This document shows positions 39,923 through 49,497 of a stretch of 64,000 nucleotides of DNA, in pieces (within the stretch, counting starts at the first letter, position 1; each line of letters starts with the position of its first letter). Under the pieces are notes generated by a model. It was not told where the DNA came from. It was given only the letters and a program-made list of their open reading frames with translations, and searched no databases. The translations under genes were made by a program, and so were the position numbers. This DNA comes from Spirochaetia bacterium (GTDB lineage Bacteria; Spirochaetota; Spirochaetia; UBA9216), in contig OZ223269.1 of the NCBI GenBank assembly GCA_965140585.1, positions 128,001 through 192,000 on the forward strand, in the 5' to 3' direction.

Positions 39923-40363
39923 TTATTCAGCTGCAGGAAGGCTGCCTGGAAGCTGTTCGATCCAGGCCTTTATTTCATCTCTTACCCTTCGGTAATGTGA
40001 GATGGCTTCTTCTTCGGTTTTGGCAGTTTTAGCCAGGGCAGGCGGATCGTCAAAGCCTGCATGAACACGGGTTGTTTTTCCGGGAAAGTATGGGCAGGTC
40101 TCGGCTGCATGTCCGCAGACTGTTACAACATAGTCGAAACTCTGACCGGCTTCTATCATCTCATTAACATTCTTGCTTTTGTGGCCTGATATGTCGATTC
40201 CTGCCTCACCCATCACCTTTACAGCATTGGGGTTTAATCCGTGTGTTTCTATTCCGGCTGAATAGACTTCAAAAATATCTCCCTTAAGAGCTTTGCACCA
40301 GCCTTCGGCCATCTGGCTCCTGCAGGAATTTCCTGTACATAGAAAAAGGATGCTTTTCTTCAT
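39923..40363 (-). CDS. arsC: arsenate reductase (thioredoxin-type, LMW-PTP fold)
   Basis: [17 protein letters not shown]...CP, FDDP, VRDEI. Confidence 0.92.
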   Translation of the reverse strand: MKKSILFLCTGNSCRSQMAEGWCKALKGDIFEVYSAGIETHGLNPNAVKVMGEAGIDISGHKSKNVNEMIEAGQSFDYVVTVCGHAAETCPYFPGKTTRVHAGFDDPPALAKTAKTEEEAISHYRRVRDEIKAWIEQLPGSLPAAE

Positions 40364-40440
40364 AATTTACTCCGTACCAAACATAACTTTATCTGAGCGT
40401 AAAAGTCAATTATTGAGATGTTAGAACTGTGTTAGGATTT

Positions 40441-40453
40441 TAATGTCTGACAG
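40441..40453 (+). repeat. 13-bp direct repeat, copy 2 (TAATGTCTGACAG)
   Basis: Identical to 38059-38071. Confidence 0.85.
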
Positions 40454-40475
40454 ATAGAAGTTAATATGATAATCT

Positions 40476-40955
40476 TTGTATATGTCTGATTCAGATAACA
40501 ACAGACCAAGCCTGAATGCTGTAATAGAAAGCCTCGGGCTTGAACCACTGCCTGTTGAAGGCGGGTACTTCAGAAGTACCTACCTGACACAGAACTCTTC
40601 GGCAATTTATTACCTCATTACACCCGATTCCTGGTCGGCCTTTCACAGGCTCAGCTCGGATGAGGTGTGGCATTTTTATGCAGGAGACCCTGCAAGGCAG
40701 CTGCAGATATTTCCGGATAGAAGTCATAAAATATTCAGAATCGGGCGGAATTTCAGTGAAGGCGAGGTTCCCCAGCTGCTCAGTCCTGCAGGAGTATGGC
40801 AGTCAACACGTCTGGAAGCTGAGGGTAAATGGGCTCTTTTCGGTACGACAATGGCGCCTCCCTATTCGAATGAACAATACGATCACGGTGAACAGAATAC
40901 TCTTTCATCGATGTACCCGGAGCTATCTGATATTATCCGTGAATTTTTGGAATAA
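40476..40955 (+). CDS. cupin_5 (DUF985) protein
   Basis: EGGYFR, SAIYYL, FHRL.SDEVWHFYAG, PAGVWQ. Confidence 0.88.
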   Translation: MYMSDSDNNRPSLNAVIESLGLEPLPVEGGYFRSTYLTQNSSAIYYLITPDSWSAFHRLSSDEVWHFYAGDPARQLQIFPDRSHKIFRIGRNFSEGEVPQLLSPAGVWQSTRLEAEGKWALFGTTMAPPYSNEQYDHGEQNTLSSMYPELSDIIREFLE

Positions 40956-40969
40956 GCAGCGGTAAAAAC

Positions 40970-41788
40970 TTGGAGTTAACCATGTCGGAAAAAATGCACA
41001 GTCTCAAAGGCAGAATTGCTGTAGTCACAGGAGGTGCGGTTAACATCGGCAGAGCCGTAAGCAGTAAGCTTGCATATTCCGGAGCATCCGTGGCTGTGGT
41101 ATATAATTCGAGTGCACAGTCTGCTGATAAGCTGGTATCCGAACTGAAGGCCGGAGGCTGTACTGCAGAAGCTTTTAAAGCCGATATAAGCAATGAAGTT
41201 CAGGTGGTAAAGCTGTTTGAAAAGATAAGCGATGATCCTGATTTCGGCAGCGTTGATATACTTGTGAATAATTCCGGGGTTCTGAGTGTTTTGCCCCAGG
41301 AAGAATTAAGTGCAGAGGAGTGGGACAGGGTTTTTGCGGTAAATACACGGGGGTTGTTTCTATGCTCACGTGAAGCTGCCAGGCTTATGAAAATCAATAA
41401 CAGAACAAACTCTCCTCAGAGAGGTTCAATTATTAATATTGCGAGTATCAACGCGCTTCATCCCGGATTCGGTAATACTGCTCATTATGATGCCGCAAAG
41501 GGCGCTGTAGCTGCTTACACAGCATCTCTGGCTGCCGAGCTGGGCCCTTTCGGTATCAGGGTTAATGCTGTGGCTCCGGGGCTTGTTGAATCGGAGACTC
41601 TGAGAGCGGGGGCTCCGGAACTCGCAGAAATGGTTGAAGTCCGTAATCCTCTCAAATGTGCTGACGAAAGTTCCCGGCTGGTGACCGGCGAAGATATTGC
41701 CTCAACAGTGCTGTTTCTGGCCTCCGAAGCTTCTGCAAGCATTACAGGAGGCATTATTACAGTTGACCGGGGTTATCTGCTAAGTTGA
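40970..41788 (+). CDS. short-chain dehydrogenase/reductase
   Basis: TGGAVNIG, NNSG, YDAAK, RVNAVAPG. Confidence 0.92.
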   Translation: MELTMSEKMHSLKGRIAVVTGGAVNIGRAVSSKLAYSGASVAVVYNSSAQSADKLVSELKAGGCTAEAFKADISNEVQVVKLFEKISDDPDFGSVDILVNNSGVLSVLPQEELSAEEWDRVFAVNTRGLFLCSREAARLMKINNRTNSPQRGSIINIASINALHPGFGNTAHYDAAKGAVAAYTASLAAELGPFGIRVNAVAPGLVESETLRAGAPELAEMVEVRNPLKCADESSRLVTGEDIASTVLFLASEASASITGGIITVDRGYLLS

Positions 41789-42837
41789 GCAGTATGTCTT
41801 TTCATATGATCAATCAGGACCAGAGCGGCCATTGACTCAACAACCGGAACGATTCGCGGGGTAAGGCAGGGGTCATGTCTTCCTGTTGTGATAATTTCAG
41901 TCTCCTCGCCGTCAAGTCCGATGGTCTGCTGCGGATGTTCGATTGATGATGTCGGCTTAACTGCAATCCTGAAAATAATATCATTACCTGTTGTAATGCC
42001 GCCGAGTATTCCCCCGGCATTATTGGTTTTAAACCCTTCTTTATCCATCCAGTCGTTATGTTCGCTGCCGAGCATCTTTGCAGCGGCAAAACCCGCCCCG
42101 AACTCGATACCCTTAACACCGCCTAGGGACATCACCGCCTTTGAAAGTTCGGCGTCAATTTTGTCAAAAACAGGCTCTCCCAGTCCGGCGGGAACTCCTG
42201 TAATTACACATTCAACAATACCTCCGGTACTGTCTCCCTTCTCGGCAAGTTCAGTTATCTTCTGGGTCATCTTCCAGGCAGCGGCCGCATCTGCAGCTCT
42301 TACCGGGTTCTCTTCAATAATGGACAGGTCAATGCTTTCGCACCTTATGCCGGCAACCTCAAGTGTGTAGGCTGTAATTTTAATACCATGTTCGGCCAGC
42401 ATTTTCTTTGCTACGGCACCTGCTGCAACGCGGCCTGCGGTCTCCCTCCCCGAGGCGCGCCCGCTCCCCCTGAAGTCGCGGATTCCATATTTCTGCTGGT
42501 ATGTATAGTCGGCATGACCCGGGCGGTAGAAATCCTTGATGTTGGAATAAGCCTCGGGGTTTGCGTCCTTGTTATAGAGAATAACTGTAAGCGGTGTTCC
42601 GGTTGTTTTGCCTTCAAACATTCCGGATACAATGGCCACCGTGTCGCTTTCCTTTCGGGGAGTGGTTACCGCTGACTGTCCGGGCTTCCGGCGATCCATT
42701 TCCTTCTGGATGTCCGCCTCGGTCAGTTCAATACCGGGAGTCACCCCGTCAATTATCACGCCTACGGCAATTCCGTGAGACTCTCCGAAAGTTGTTATTC
42801 TGAAATTCTGACCAAAACTGCTACCTGGCATATCCAT
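41773..42837 (-). CDS. aroC: chorismate synthase
   Basis: FGESHG, RPGHAD, RASGRETA, KPTSSI, GRHDPC. Confidence 0.97.
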   Translation of the reverse strand: MDMPGSSFGQNFRITTFGESHGIAVGVIIDGVTPGIELTEADIQKEMDRRKPGQSAVTTPRKESDTVAIVSGMFEGKTTGTPLTVILYNKDANPEAYSNIKDFYRPGHADYTYQQKYGIRDFRGSGRASGRETAGRVAAGAVAKKMLAEHGIKITAYTLEVAGIRCESIDLSIIEENPVRAADAAAAWKMTQKITELAEKGDSTGGIVECVITGVPAGLGEPVFDKIDAELSKAVMSLGGVKGIEFGAGFAAAKMLGSEHNDWMDKEGFKTNNAGGILGGITTGNDIIFRIAVKPTSSIEHPQQTIGLDGEETEIITTGRHDPCLTPRIVPVVESMAALVLIDHMKRHTAQLSR

Positions 42838-43372
42838 GCTCCTTTAAACTCTCAATAATATCATCGGCTATATCTTCCGGATGCCGTTCTTCCGCATTGA
42901 TTCTTATCTGACACAGGCTGTGATAAACAGCCGTTCGCTCATCATACAGTTTGCTGAAATGATCTTCCGGATTCTCCGGATCCAGAAACGCTGGAATACC
43001 GCCTGCGAGTATTCTCTGTAGAAGAACTTCTTTCTTTTCATCTATGCAGATAAAGACAAATTCATCTTTAAATATTTTTACTGCTTCTTCATTTGCGCAT
43101 AATCCGCCGCCGGCAGCGGCTATAAGGACTTGTTTCCTGTTTACAAGAAACTCTGCTGCACCGGCTTCATGTTTCTTGAAGTTTTCCGGAGCCTCTCTGT
43201 ATATCTCACGGAAGGTTTTGCGGTTTCCGGTGTTTTCGAAATAAAGTTCCTCAATGAGATCATCGATATCGAGAAACCTGATTCCTGTCATCCTGGACAG
43301 TGTTTTTCCGATTGTTGTTTTTCCGCTGTGCTTCATTCCTGTAATCAGCAGCGGTTTGAATAGCTTCAGCAT
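42821..43372 (-). CDS. aroK: shikimate kinase
   Basis: GMKHSGKTT, DID, GGG; upstream of aroC. Confidence 0.88.
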   Translation of the reverse strand: MLKLFKPLLITGMKHSGKTTIGKTLSRMTGIRFLDIDDLIEELYFENTGNRKTFREIYREAPENFKKHEAGAAEFLVNRKQVLIAAAGGGLCANEEAVKIFKDEFVFICIDEKKEVLLQRILAGGIPAFLDPENPEDHFSKLYDERTAVYHSLCQIRINAEERHPEDIADDIIESLKEHGYAR

Positions 43373-43493
43373 CTACCTACAATAAACAAAGCAACCTTAC
43401 CGGTCAAGGCATCCCTGAGCAGAAATTATGTTTGTAATTAACAGCTGAAGCGCCCGCTCCCGGGTGTTGAAAAACCTGTCCAAAAAGTAAATA

Positions 43494-44885
43494 ATGCAGC
43501 TTATGAATGAAGGATTCAGAATAGAAAAAGACTCCATGGGAGAAGTAAGAATAAAATCCGACAGGTGGTGGGGAGCTCAGACTCAACGTGCAGTTGAAAA
43601 TTTTACAGTCTCCGAATACCGTATTCCGGAATCTTATCTTTCGGCTCTTGCGCTTATAAAAAGGGCTGCGGCATCTGTAAACTGCAGTCTTGGACTGGTT
43701 AACGAGGAAGTTAGAGATCTTATTATGAGGGCAGCCTCAAGAATAGAGAAGGGCGAGTTCAGCTCTGAATTTCCTCTTGATGTATTTCAGACCGGCTCGG
43801 GTACCTCCTGGAACATGAATATAAATGAGGTTATAGCTAATATCTCCAATGCAGAGGCCGGTACGGGAATCGGAAGTAAGGCTCCTGTTCATCCCAATGA
43901 TCACGTGAACCGCGGACAGTCGTCGAATGATGTAATTCCTACTGCTATGAATATTGCTGCCCGGCTTGCAGCCTCCAATCTTGAAAAATCACTTATAATA
44001 CTTGCATCCGCTTTGGAAGCAAAGGCTGAGGAGTTTGCAGCAGTTCCGAAACTCGGGAGAACTCATCTTCAGGATGCCGTCCCTATGACTCTCGGGCAGG
44101 AATTTTCAGCCTATGCGGTTCAGGTTCGAAAGGGTTCTGCCAGACTCAGAAATACGTTCAGCAATCTTGAAGAGCTTGCGGTCGGCGGAACGGCGCTGGG
44201 TACTGGTATTAACACCCACCCCGATTTCGGAAAGAATGTTGCAGCCTTTGCAGAAGCAGAAACTGGTGTGCCGTTCAGACAGGCTGAAAACCTGTTTGAA
44301 GCAATAGCCGCCCGTGATTCAATGCTTGAGCTTATGGGTGCTGTAAACAGTATCGGTGTAAGTTTGATGAAAATAGCTCAGGATTTGCGTATTCTTGCAA
44401 GCGGGCCCAGGGGAGCGCTAGGGGAGATTGTTCTTCCGTCATTACAGCCCGGGTCTTCGATAATGCCCGGGAAAGTTAATCCGGTAATTCCCGAGATGGT
44501 AATTCAGGCTGCGGCTCATATAAGCGGCAAATACACATCAGTCACTCTTGCCTGCCAGAATTCACCGCTTGAACTTAATATCATGCAGCCGCTGCTGGTT
44601 CATGAAATACTTTCTTCAATTGATCTTCTTGACCGGGTCAGCGTTAGCTTTGCAGAAAAATGCATCAGCGGAATAGAAGCTGATGAGCAGCGCTGCCGTG
44701 ATTTTATCGAGTGGAGCCTTGCTGTGGTCACTCCGCTTGCTATAGAAATAGGCTACGATAAAGCTGCCGCAATTGCCTACCGCGCGTACAAGGAAAAACG
44801 CAAGGTTAAGGATGTCGCAGCAGAAGAAGGGATTCTAAGTCCCGAAAAGCTTGAGAGTGTGTTCGATATCGATTCGATGATCTGA
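43494..44885 (+). CDS. fumC: class II fumarate hydratase
   Basis: WGAQTQRA, QTGSGT, GRTHLQDA, GSSIMPGKVNP. Confidence 0.92.
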   Translation: MQLMNEGFRIEKDSMGEVRIKSDRWWGAQTQRAVENFTVSEYRIPESYLSALALIKRAAASVNCSLGLVNEEVRDLIMRAASRIEKGEFSSEFPLDVFQTGSGTSWNMNINEVIANISNAEAGTGIGSKAPVHPNDHVNRGQSSNDVIPTAMNIAARLAASNLEKSLIILASALEAKAEEFAAVPKLGRTHLQDAVPMTLGQEFSAYAVQVRKGSARLRNTFSNLEELAVGGTALGTGINTHPDFGKNVAAFAEAETGVPFRQAENLFEAIAARDSMLELMGAVNSIGVSLMKIAQDLRILASGPRGALGEIVLPSLQPGSSIMPGKVNPVIPEMVIQAAAHISGKYTSVTLACQNSPLELNIMQPLLVHEILSSIDLLDRVSVSFAEKCISGIEADEQRCRDFIEWSLAVVTPLAIEIGYDKAAAIAYRAYKEKRKVKDVAAEEGILSPEKLESVFDIDSMI

Positions 44886-44889
44886 GGCC

Positions 44890-45993
44890 TTATTCCTTCC
44901 TGTAGGGGTGGGGGTATACAGGACCCACCCTGAGGGCCGGAAGTTCAAGCGGATCTGAGGGTTTGATTTTAATATGATCCGTTTTTCGGGGCGGACAGCA
45001 TGATTTTCGTACTACCAGATCAGTATCCATCATAATCTTTTCTTTAGCCCTTGTAGGATCCTCAATTACCTTAACCAGCAGTTCAACAGCCATGTTTCCG
45101 ATCTCTTCAAGCGGCTGTTTCATGGTTGTAAGCGGAGGTGTAAGAAATTCCGAGTAGGTAATATTATTGTATCCGAAGACTGAAAGATCCTGAGGTATAC
45201 GGAGCCCGGCTTCAAATGCCGCATTCATCAGGCCCAGAGCCATATGGTCATTGGCACAGAATACGGCAGTAGGCTGGTGTTCCAGGCCCATGAAGTATTT
45301 AAAGGCTTTTTTACCGCTCTCCGGCTGCCAGTCTCCATAATAAATAAGCCTTTTATCAACAGGCAGAGTATTCTTCTCAATGGCTTCAAGGTAGCCGCTT
45401 ATTCGATCACGTCCGCAAATCAGAGTAGTGCTTCCGGTTACCATCCCTATTCGCTTATGGCCCAGGCTTATCAGATAGTCAATTGCAGAAAGCGCACCCT
45501 TATGATTGTTGGCGTCAATGTAGTTAATATCAAGCTCGTCATCACGTCCGTATACAACTACAGATGGTACATTATCAGTAACAAGTTTCCTCAATAGCCA
45601 CTGGTCAACTGACGGCGCAAGAACAATAACTCCGTCAACCTTTCTCTCCAGGTAAAGCTGTGAATAATCTGATGCTGTCTTTATGGCACTTGGAAGTTTG
45701 AATACCAGATGGTATCCCATTCTGTCGATATTTCTTTCCAGGCTTGTAATAAGATCAAGAAAATAGGGAGCAACAGTCATAAACTCGGCGTGAGGTATAA
45801 TGATACCTATTCCGTCAGTCTTGTTGTTGTTAAGAGCTCTTGCCGCTGCGTTGGGATAGTAACCAAGCTCTTCAATGGCTTTAAGGACCCTGCGTCGGGT
45901 ATCTTCCTTAACATTGTCCTTACCGTTAATGACTCTTGATACAGTCATGAAGGAGACATTTGCAAGTTTTGCTACATCGGATTGCGAAGGCAT
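44890..45993 (-). CDS. LacI-family regulator
   Basis: DVAKLANVSFMTVSRVIN, YYPN, sugar-binding domain; divergent from the hexokinase. Confidence 0.92.
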   Translation of the reverse strand: MPSQSDVAKLANVSFMTVSRVINGKDNVKEDTRRRVLKAIEELGYYPNAAARALNNNKTDGIGIIIPHAEFMTVAPYFLDLITSLERNIDRMGYHLVFKLPSAIKTASDYSQLYLERKVDGVIVLAPSVDQWLLRKLVTDNVPSVVVYGRDDELDINYIDANNHKGALSAIDYLISLGHKRIGMVTGSTTLICGRDRISGYLEAIEKNTLPVDKRLIYYGDWQPESGKKAFKYFMGLEHQPTAVFCANDHMALGLMNAAFEAGLRIPQDLSVFGYNNITYSEFLTPPLTTMKQPLEEIGNMAVELLVKVIEDPTRAKEKIMMDTDLVVRKSCCPPRKTDHIKIKPSDPLELPALRVGPVYPHPYRKE

Positions 45994-46057
45994 TATGTCT
46001 GATCTACCCTTTTCATTTTATTTTAATTTAATGTATTATACTTGAAAAGGTGGTTAA

Positions 46058-47332
46058 ATGAAAGATAATCTAATCAAGGCCGAAAAAATTTTATCAAAAC
46101 ACGGACTCTCCACAGAGTTTTATGACTTTGATAAATGTACGGATGATTTTCTTGCAGAGATGGAAAAGGGCTTAAGCAGTTCATCCTCCCTTCCCATGAT
46201 TCCGACTTATATAGAATCCTCAGGGGAACTTCCCCTTGATAAAAGTGTGCTTGTCCTTGATGCGGGAGGAACAAATTTCAGAGCCGCCCTGGTTAAATTC
46301 GATTCCGGTAAAAATGCTGTAATAAGTGATTTCAAAAAGAGAAGCATGCCCGGAATAGAGCGAGAGCTTTCAAAGTCTGATTTTTTCGGTGAAATAGCTG
46401 ATTTTATACTGGATCTTGCTCCAAAAGCTGCCAAGATCGGCTTCTGCTTCAGTTATGCCATGGAAAAAACTCCGGAAAGGGATGGAAGACTTCTTAAATT
46501 CAGTAAAGAAATCAAAGCACCTGAAGTTGAAGGCTGCCTTGTGGGCAGAGGCATTCTTGAAGCGTTAGCGGAACGCGGTGTAACAAATATTGAAAAGATT
46601 ATCCTTTTAAATGATACAGTAGCCACAATGCTGGCTGGGAAATCGGCAGCAGGTTCAGAAAACTATAATTCATTTATAGGTCTGATAGTTGGAACCGGAA
46701 TAAATGCCTGTTATCAGGAGAAGAATTCCAACATTTTAAAGGTGCCGGGTTTGCCGCAGGCTGAAAAGCAGATTATTAATATGGAATCAGGCTCATATCA
46801 TGAAGCGCCTTCAACAGATATTGATGCAGCATTCAGAGCTACTACAGTAGACCCGGCCATCTATCACTATGAAAAGATGATCTCCGGTGCCTATCTTGGA
46901 CCTCTATGCAGTTTTACCCTTAAAGCAGCAGCGGCAGAAGGCGTGTTTGAGGCTGAAATTAAAAATATGGACGGAGCCGATTTGAGCAGGTTTATGGACG
47001 GTGATGATTCAGCGGCAATTGAAGCTGGTTCTGCTGATAGTTCAGCGGCTGAAGCTTCAAGATTAGTATGTAATTCGATAATTGAAAGGGCTGCTCTTTT
47101 AACTGCTGTAAAGCTGACCGCAGTTGCTGTGAAATCTGAAAGCGGGCTCAGTCCCGAGCATCCCGTCTGTATATGCCCGGACGGCTCTACTTTCTGGATG
47201 CTCAGCGGTTTCAGGGGAAGGGTAGAGAAATACCTTAAAGCGGAATTTTCAAAACGCGGACTTCATTTTGTGATTAAAAAGGTTGATAATGCCCCGGTAA
47301 TAGGTGCTGCCGTAGCCGGACTTACTAATTAA
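46058..47332 (+). CDS. hexokinase (eukaryote-type family)
   Basis: LPMIPT, LDAGGTNFR, GFCFSY, LNDTVAT, GTGINACY, EKMISGAYLG. Confidence 0.9.
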   Translation: MKDNLIKAEKILSKHGLSTEFYDFDKCTDDFLAEMEKGLSSSSSLPMIPTYIESSGELPLDKSVLVLDAGGTNFRAALVKFDSGKNAVISDFKKRSMPGIERELSKSDFFGEIADFILDLAPKAAKIGFCFSYAMEKTPERDGRLLKFSKEIKAPEVEGCLVGRGILEALAERGVTNIEKIILLNDTVATMLAGKSAAGSENYNSFIGLIVGTGINACYQEKNSNILKVPGLPQAEKQIINMESGSYHEAPSTDIDAAFRATTVDPAIYHYEKMISGAYLGPLCSFTLKAAAAEGVFEAEIKNMDGADLSRFMDGDDSAAIEAGSADSSAAEASRLVCNSIIERAALLTAVKLTAVAVKSESGLSPEHPVCICPDGSTFWMLSGFRGRVEKYLKAEFSKRGLHFVIKKVDNAPVIGAAVAGLTN

Positions 47333-47347
47333 TCCGCTTAGTTCCTG

Positions 47348-49429
47348 TTACGTCCAGTTTTTGGATTCAAGAGGTATGGGTTTTGATATCTCGTAACCCT
47401 GGGCGTAGTCTACCTTCAATTCACTAAGCATGTTGATTATTGTTGAATTGCTTACGAATTCGGCGATTGTTTTCTTTCCCATGATATGGCCCATAGTGTT
47501 AATAGCCTCAACCATCGCTTTGTTTACACTGTCCTCATGCATATTCCGTACAAATACACCGTCAATTTTAAGATAATCGACCGGAAGGTTTTTAAGGTAA
47601 TTAAACGAAGAGAAACCGCTGCCGAAATCATCGAGGGCGAACGAACAGCCTGTCTGCTTTAAATCGTTTATGAACTCATGGGCTGAAGACATGTTGCTGA
47701 TGGTGGCTGTTTCGGTTATTTCGAAACAGAAATGCTTCGGAGAAATTCCTGAATCCCTGAACTGTTCCTTAATAAAACCAAGTATGCTGTCGTCAGTCAT
47801 GGACTGTGCTGAAAGGTTTACAGAAAACTGCTGAATATGTTTCAGCCTTCCATGCTTCATGTTTTCACGGAACAGGCGAATAGATTCGGAAATTACCCAT
47901 CTGTCAATCTGGGCCATCATGTTATAACGTTCCGCAGCAGGAATAAAATCAGCCGGCATTACAATCTGGCCTTCCTCATTTCTCATTCTGATAAGAATTT
48001 CACCCTTGCTGGGGGTATCTGGACTGCTGTTAAGAGGTCTGATTTCCTGGATGTACAGTTCAAATCTGTTCTTATCAAGAGCCCTTGAGAGTTTAGATAC
48101 CCATTCCATTTCTCCACGGCGCTTCTGAAACTGGTTCTCCATCTCGTTATAGATTTTGATCCTGTTTCCGCCTTCTTCCTTGGCTACAAAACAGGCATCG
48201 TCCACTTCCGCGAGCAGTACTGAGACTGATTTTTCCGTACCTTCAAGAAAAGCTATTCCAATGCTTGTGTCATACGGAAAAACCTTTTCTTCCCATTCGA
48301 GTCTAAGAGTGTGAAATTGATTATGAAGCATCGTTGCTTTTGCGACAATGTCATCTCTATCGGAACCGTTAAGGATAAGTCCGAACTGGTCTCCTCCAAG
48401 TCTTGCGCTATGCTCAGAGGTTTCAGAATGTTCTTTTATGATGTTGGCAACATTGACCAGCATGGTATCAGCGGTAGTATGTCCGCAGGTATCATTGATT
48501 ATTTTAAACCTGTCCATGTCAATGAAAAGAAGGGCATTTGCCTCCTGCATTGATTCACTTTCGGTGAGCAATGATTCCAGTTTAAGTGAAAAACTGTCTC
48601 TGTTGGAAAGCCCTGTCAGGTTGTCATGACTTGTGTGATAGGCTATGGCCTCGGAAAGCTTCTTTACTGTAGTCATATCCCTGATCGCAAGTACCAGCCC
48701 TTCAAAATTGCCGGGTTTGTCCATGATTGCTGCAAGGCTGCCTTCCACCTGAAGTTTTTCACCGTGATTGTTTGAAAGATAGCAGTTTTTAAAGGTAAAG
48801 GGTCGTCTGCGGATGATCATCTCGTCACTTTCTGGAAGGTTTACAACAGGACTGTCCGACTGATTCATATCCTCAAGCAGAATGATCTCATTCAGGCTTT
48901 TTCCGATAACATACTTCTCTTCCCATCCGGTAATCTTCTCGGCCACAGGGTTGATAAGTATGATGCTGTTTTCCTTGTCGGTCGCGATGATCCCATCGGC
49001 TATTGAATGAAGAATGGCTGTAGACCATCTCTGCTGCTTTTTAAGTTCCTGATCGACACGGTACTTGTATAGAGCAATATCGATGGTTGTGTAAAGTTCT
49101 TTATCCTTAAAAGGCTTAAGTATATAGCCCGAGGGTTCTGCAATTTTTGCACGCTCTATAATCTCCTGATTGGAAAACGCTGTAAGAAAAATTACAGGAA
49201 TAGCAAACCGGGTTTTTATGATCTTTGCAGTTTCAATACCGTCAATATCTCCAATAATATGAATATCCATCAGGATGATATCAGGAGAATGACGTTCGAC
49301 CATATCTATGGCATGATCAGCTGTTGCGGAAATGGCAACAACGGTATAACCATAACGTTCCAGTCGGCGCTGCAAATCAATAGCAATTATTCTTTCGTCT
49401 TCGACGATGAGTATCTTCTCACCTTTCAT
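47348..49429 (-). CDS. REC-PAS-GGDEF-EAL c-di-GMP enzyme
   Basis: Receiver, PAS, variant GGDQF, EIL, EITE, DDFGSG. Confidence 0.92.
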   Translation of the reverse strand: MKGEKILIVEDERIIAIDLQRRLERYGYTVVAISATADHAIDMVERHSPDIILMDIHIIGDIDGIETAKIIKTRFAIPVIFLTAFSNQEIIERAKIAEPSGYILKPFKDKELYTTIDIALYKYRVDQELKKQQRWSTAILHSIADGIIATDKENSIILINPVAEKITGWEEKYVIGKSLNEIILLEDMNQSDSPVVNLPESDEMIIRRRPFTFKNCYLSNNHGEKLQVEGSLAAIMDKPGNFEGLVLAIRDMTTVKKLSEAIAYHTSHDNLTGLSNRDSFSLKLESLLTESESMQEANALLFIDMDRFKIINDTCGHTTADTMLVNVANIIKEHSETSEHSARLGGDQFGLILNGSDRDDIVAKATMLHNQFHTLRLEWEEKVFPYDTSIGIAFLEGTEKSVSVLLAEVDDACFVAKEEGGNRIKIYNEMENQFQKRRGEMEWVSKLSRALDKNRFELYIQEIRPLNSSPDTPSKGEILIRMRNEEGQIVMPADFIPAAERYNMMAQIDRWVISESIRLFRENMKHGRLKHIQQFSVNLSAQSMTDDSILGFIKEQFRDSGISPKHFCFEITETATISNMSSAHEFINDLKQTGCSFALDDFGSGFSSFNYLKNLPVDYLKIDGVFVRNMHEDSVNKAMVEAINTMGHIMGKKTIAEFVSNSTIINMLSELKVDYAQGYEISKPIPLESKNWT

Positions 49430-49497
49430 AAGTTGACCATACCAATAACAATGATATAAACTTTATGTTGAAAATGCAATGATTTTTTGGAATTCTT

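Noticed and set aside
46058-47332. eukaryote-to-bacterium transfer of hexokinase
   Set aside because: This hexokinase family is already known in spirochaetes and other anaerobes.
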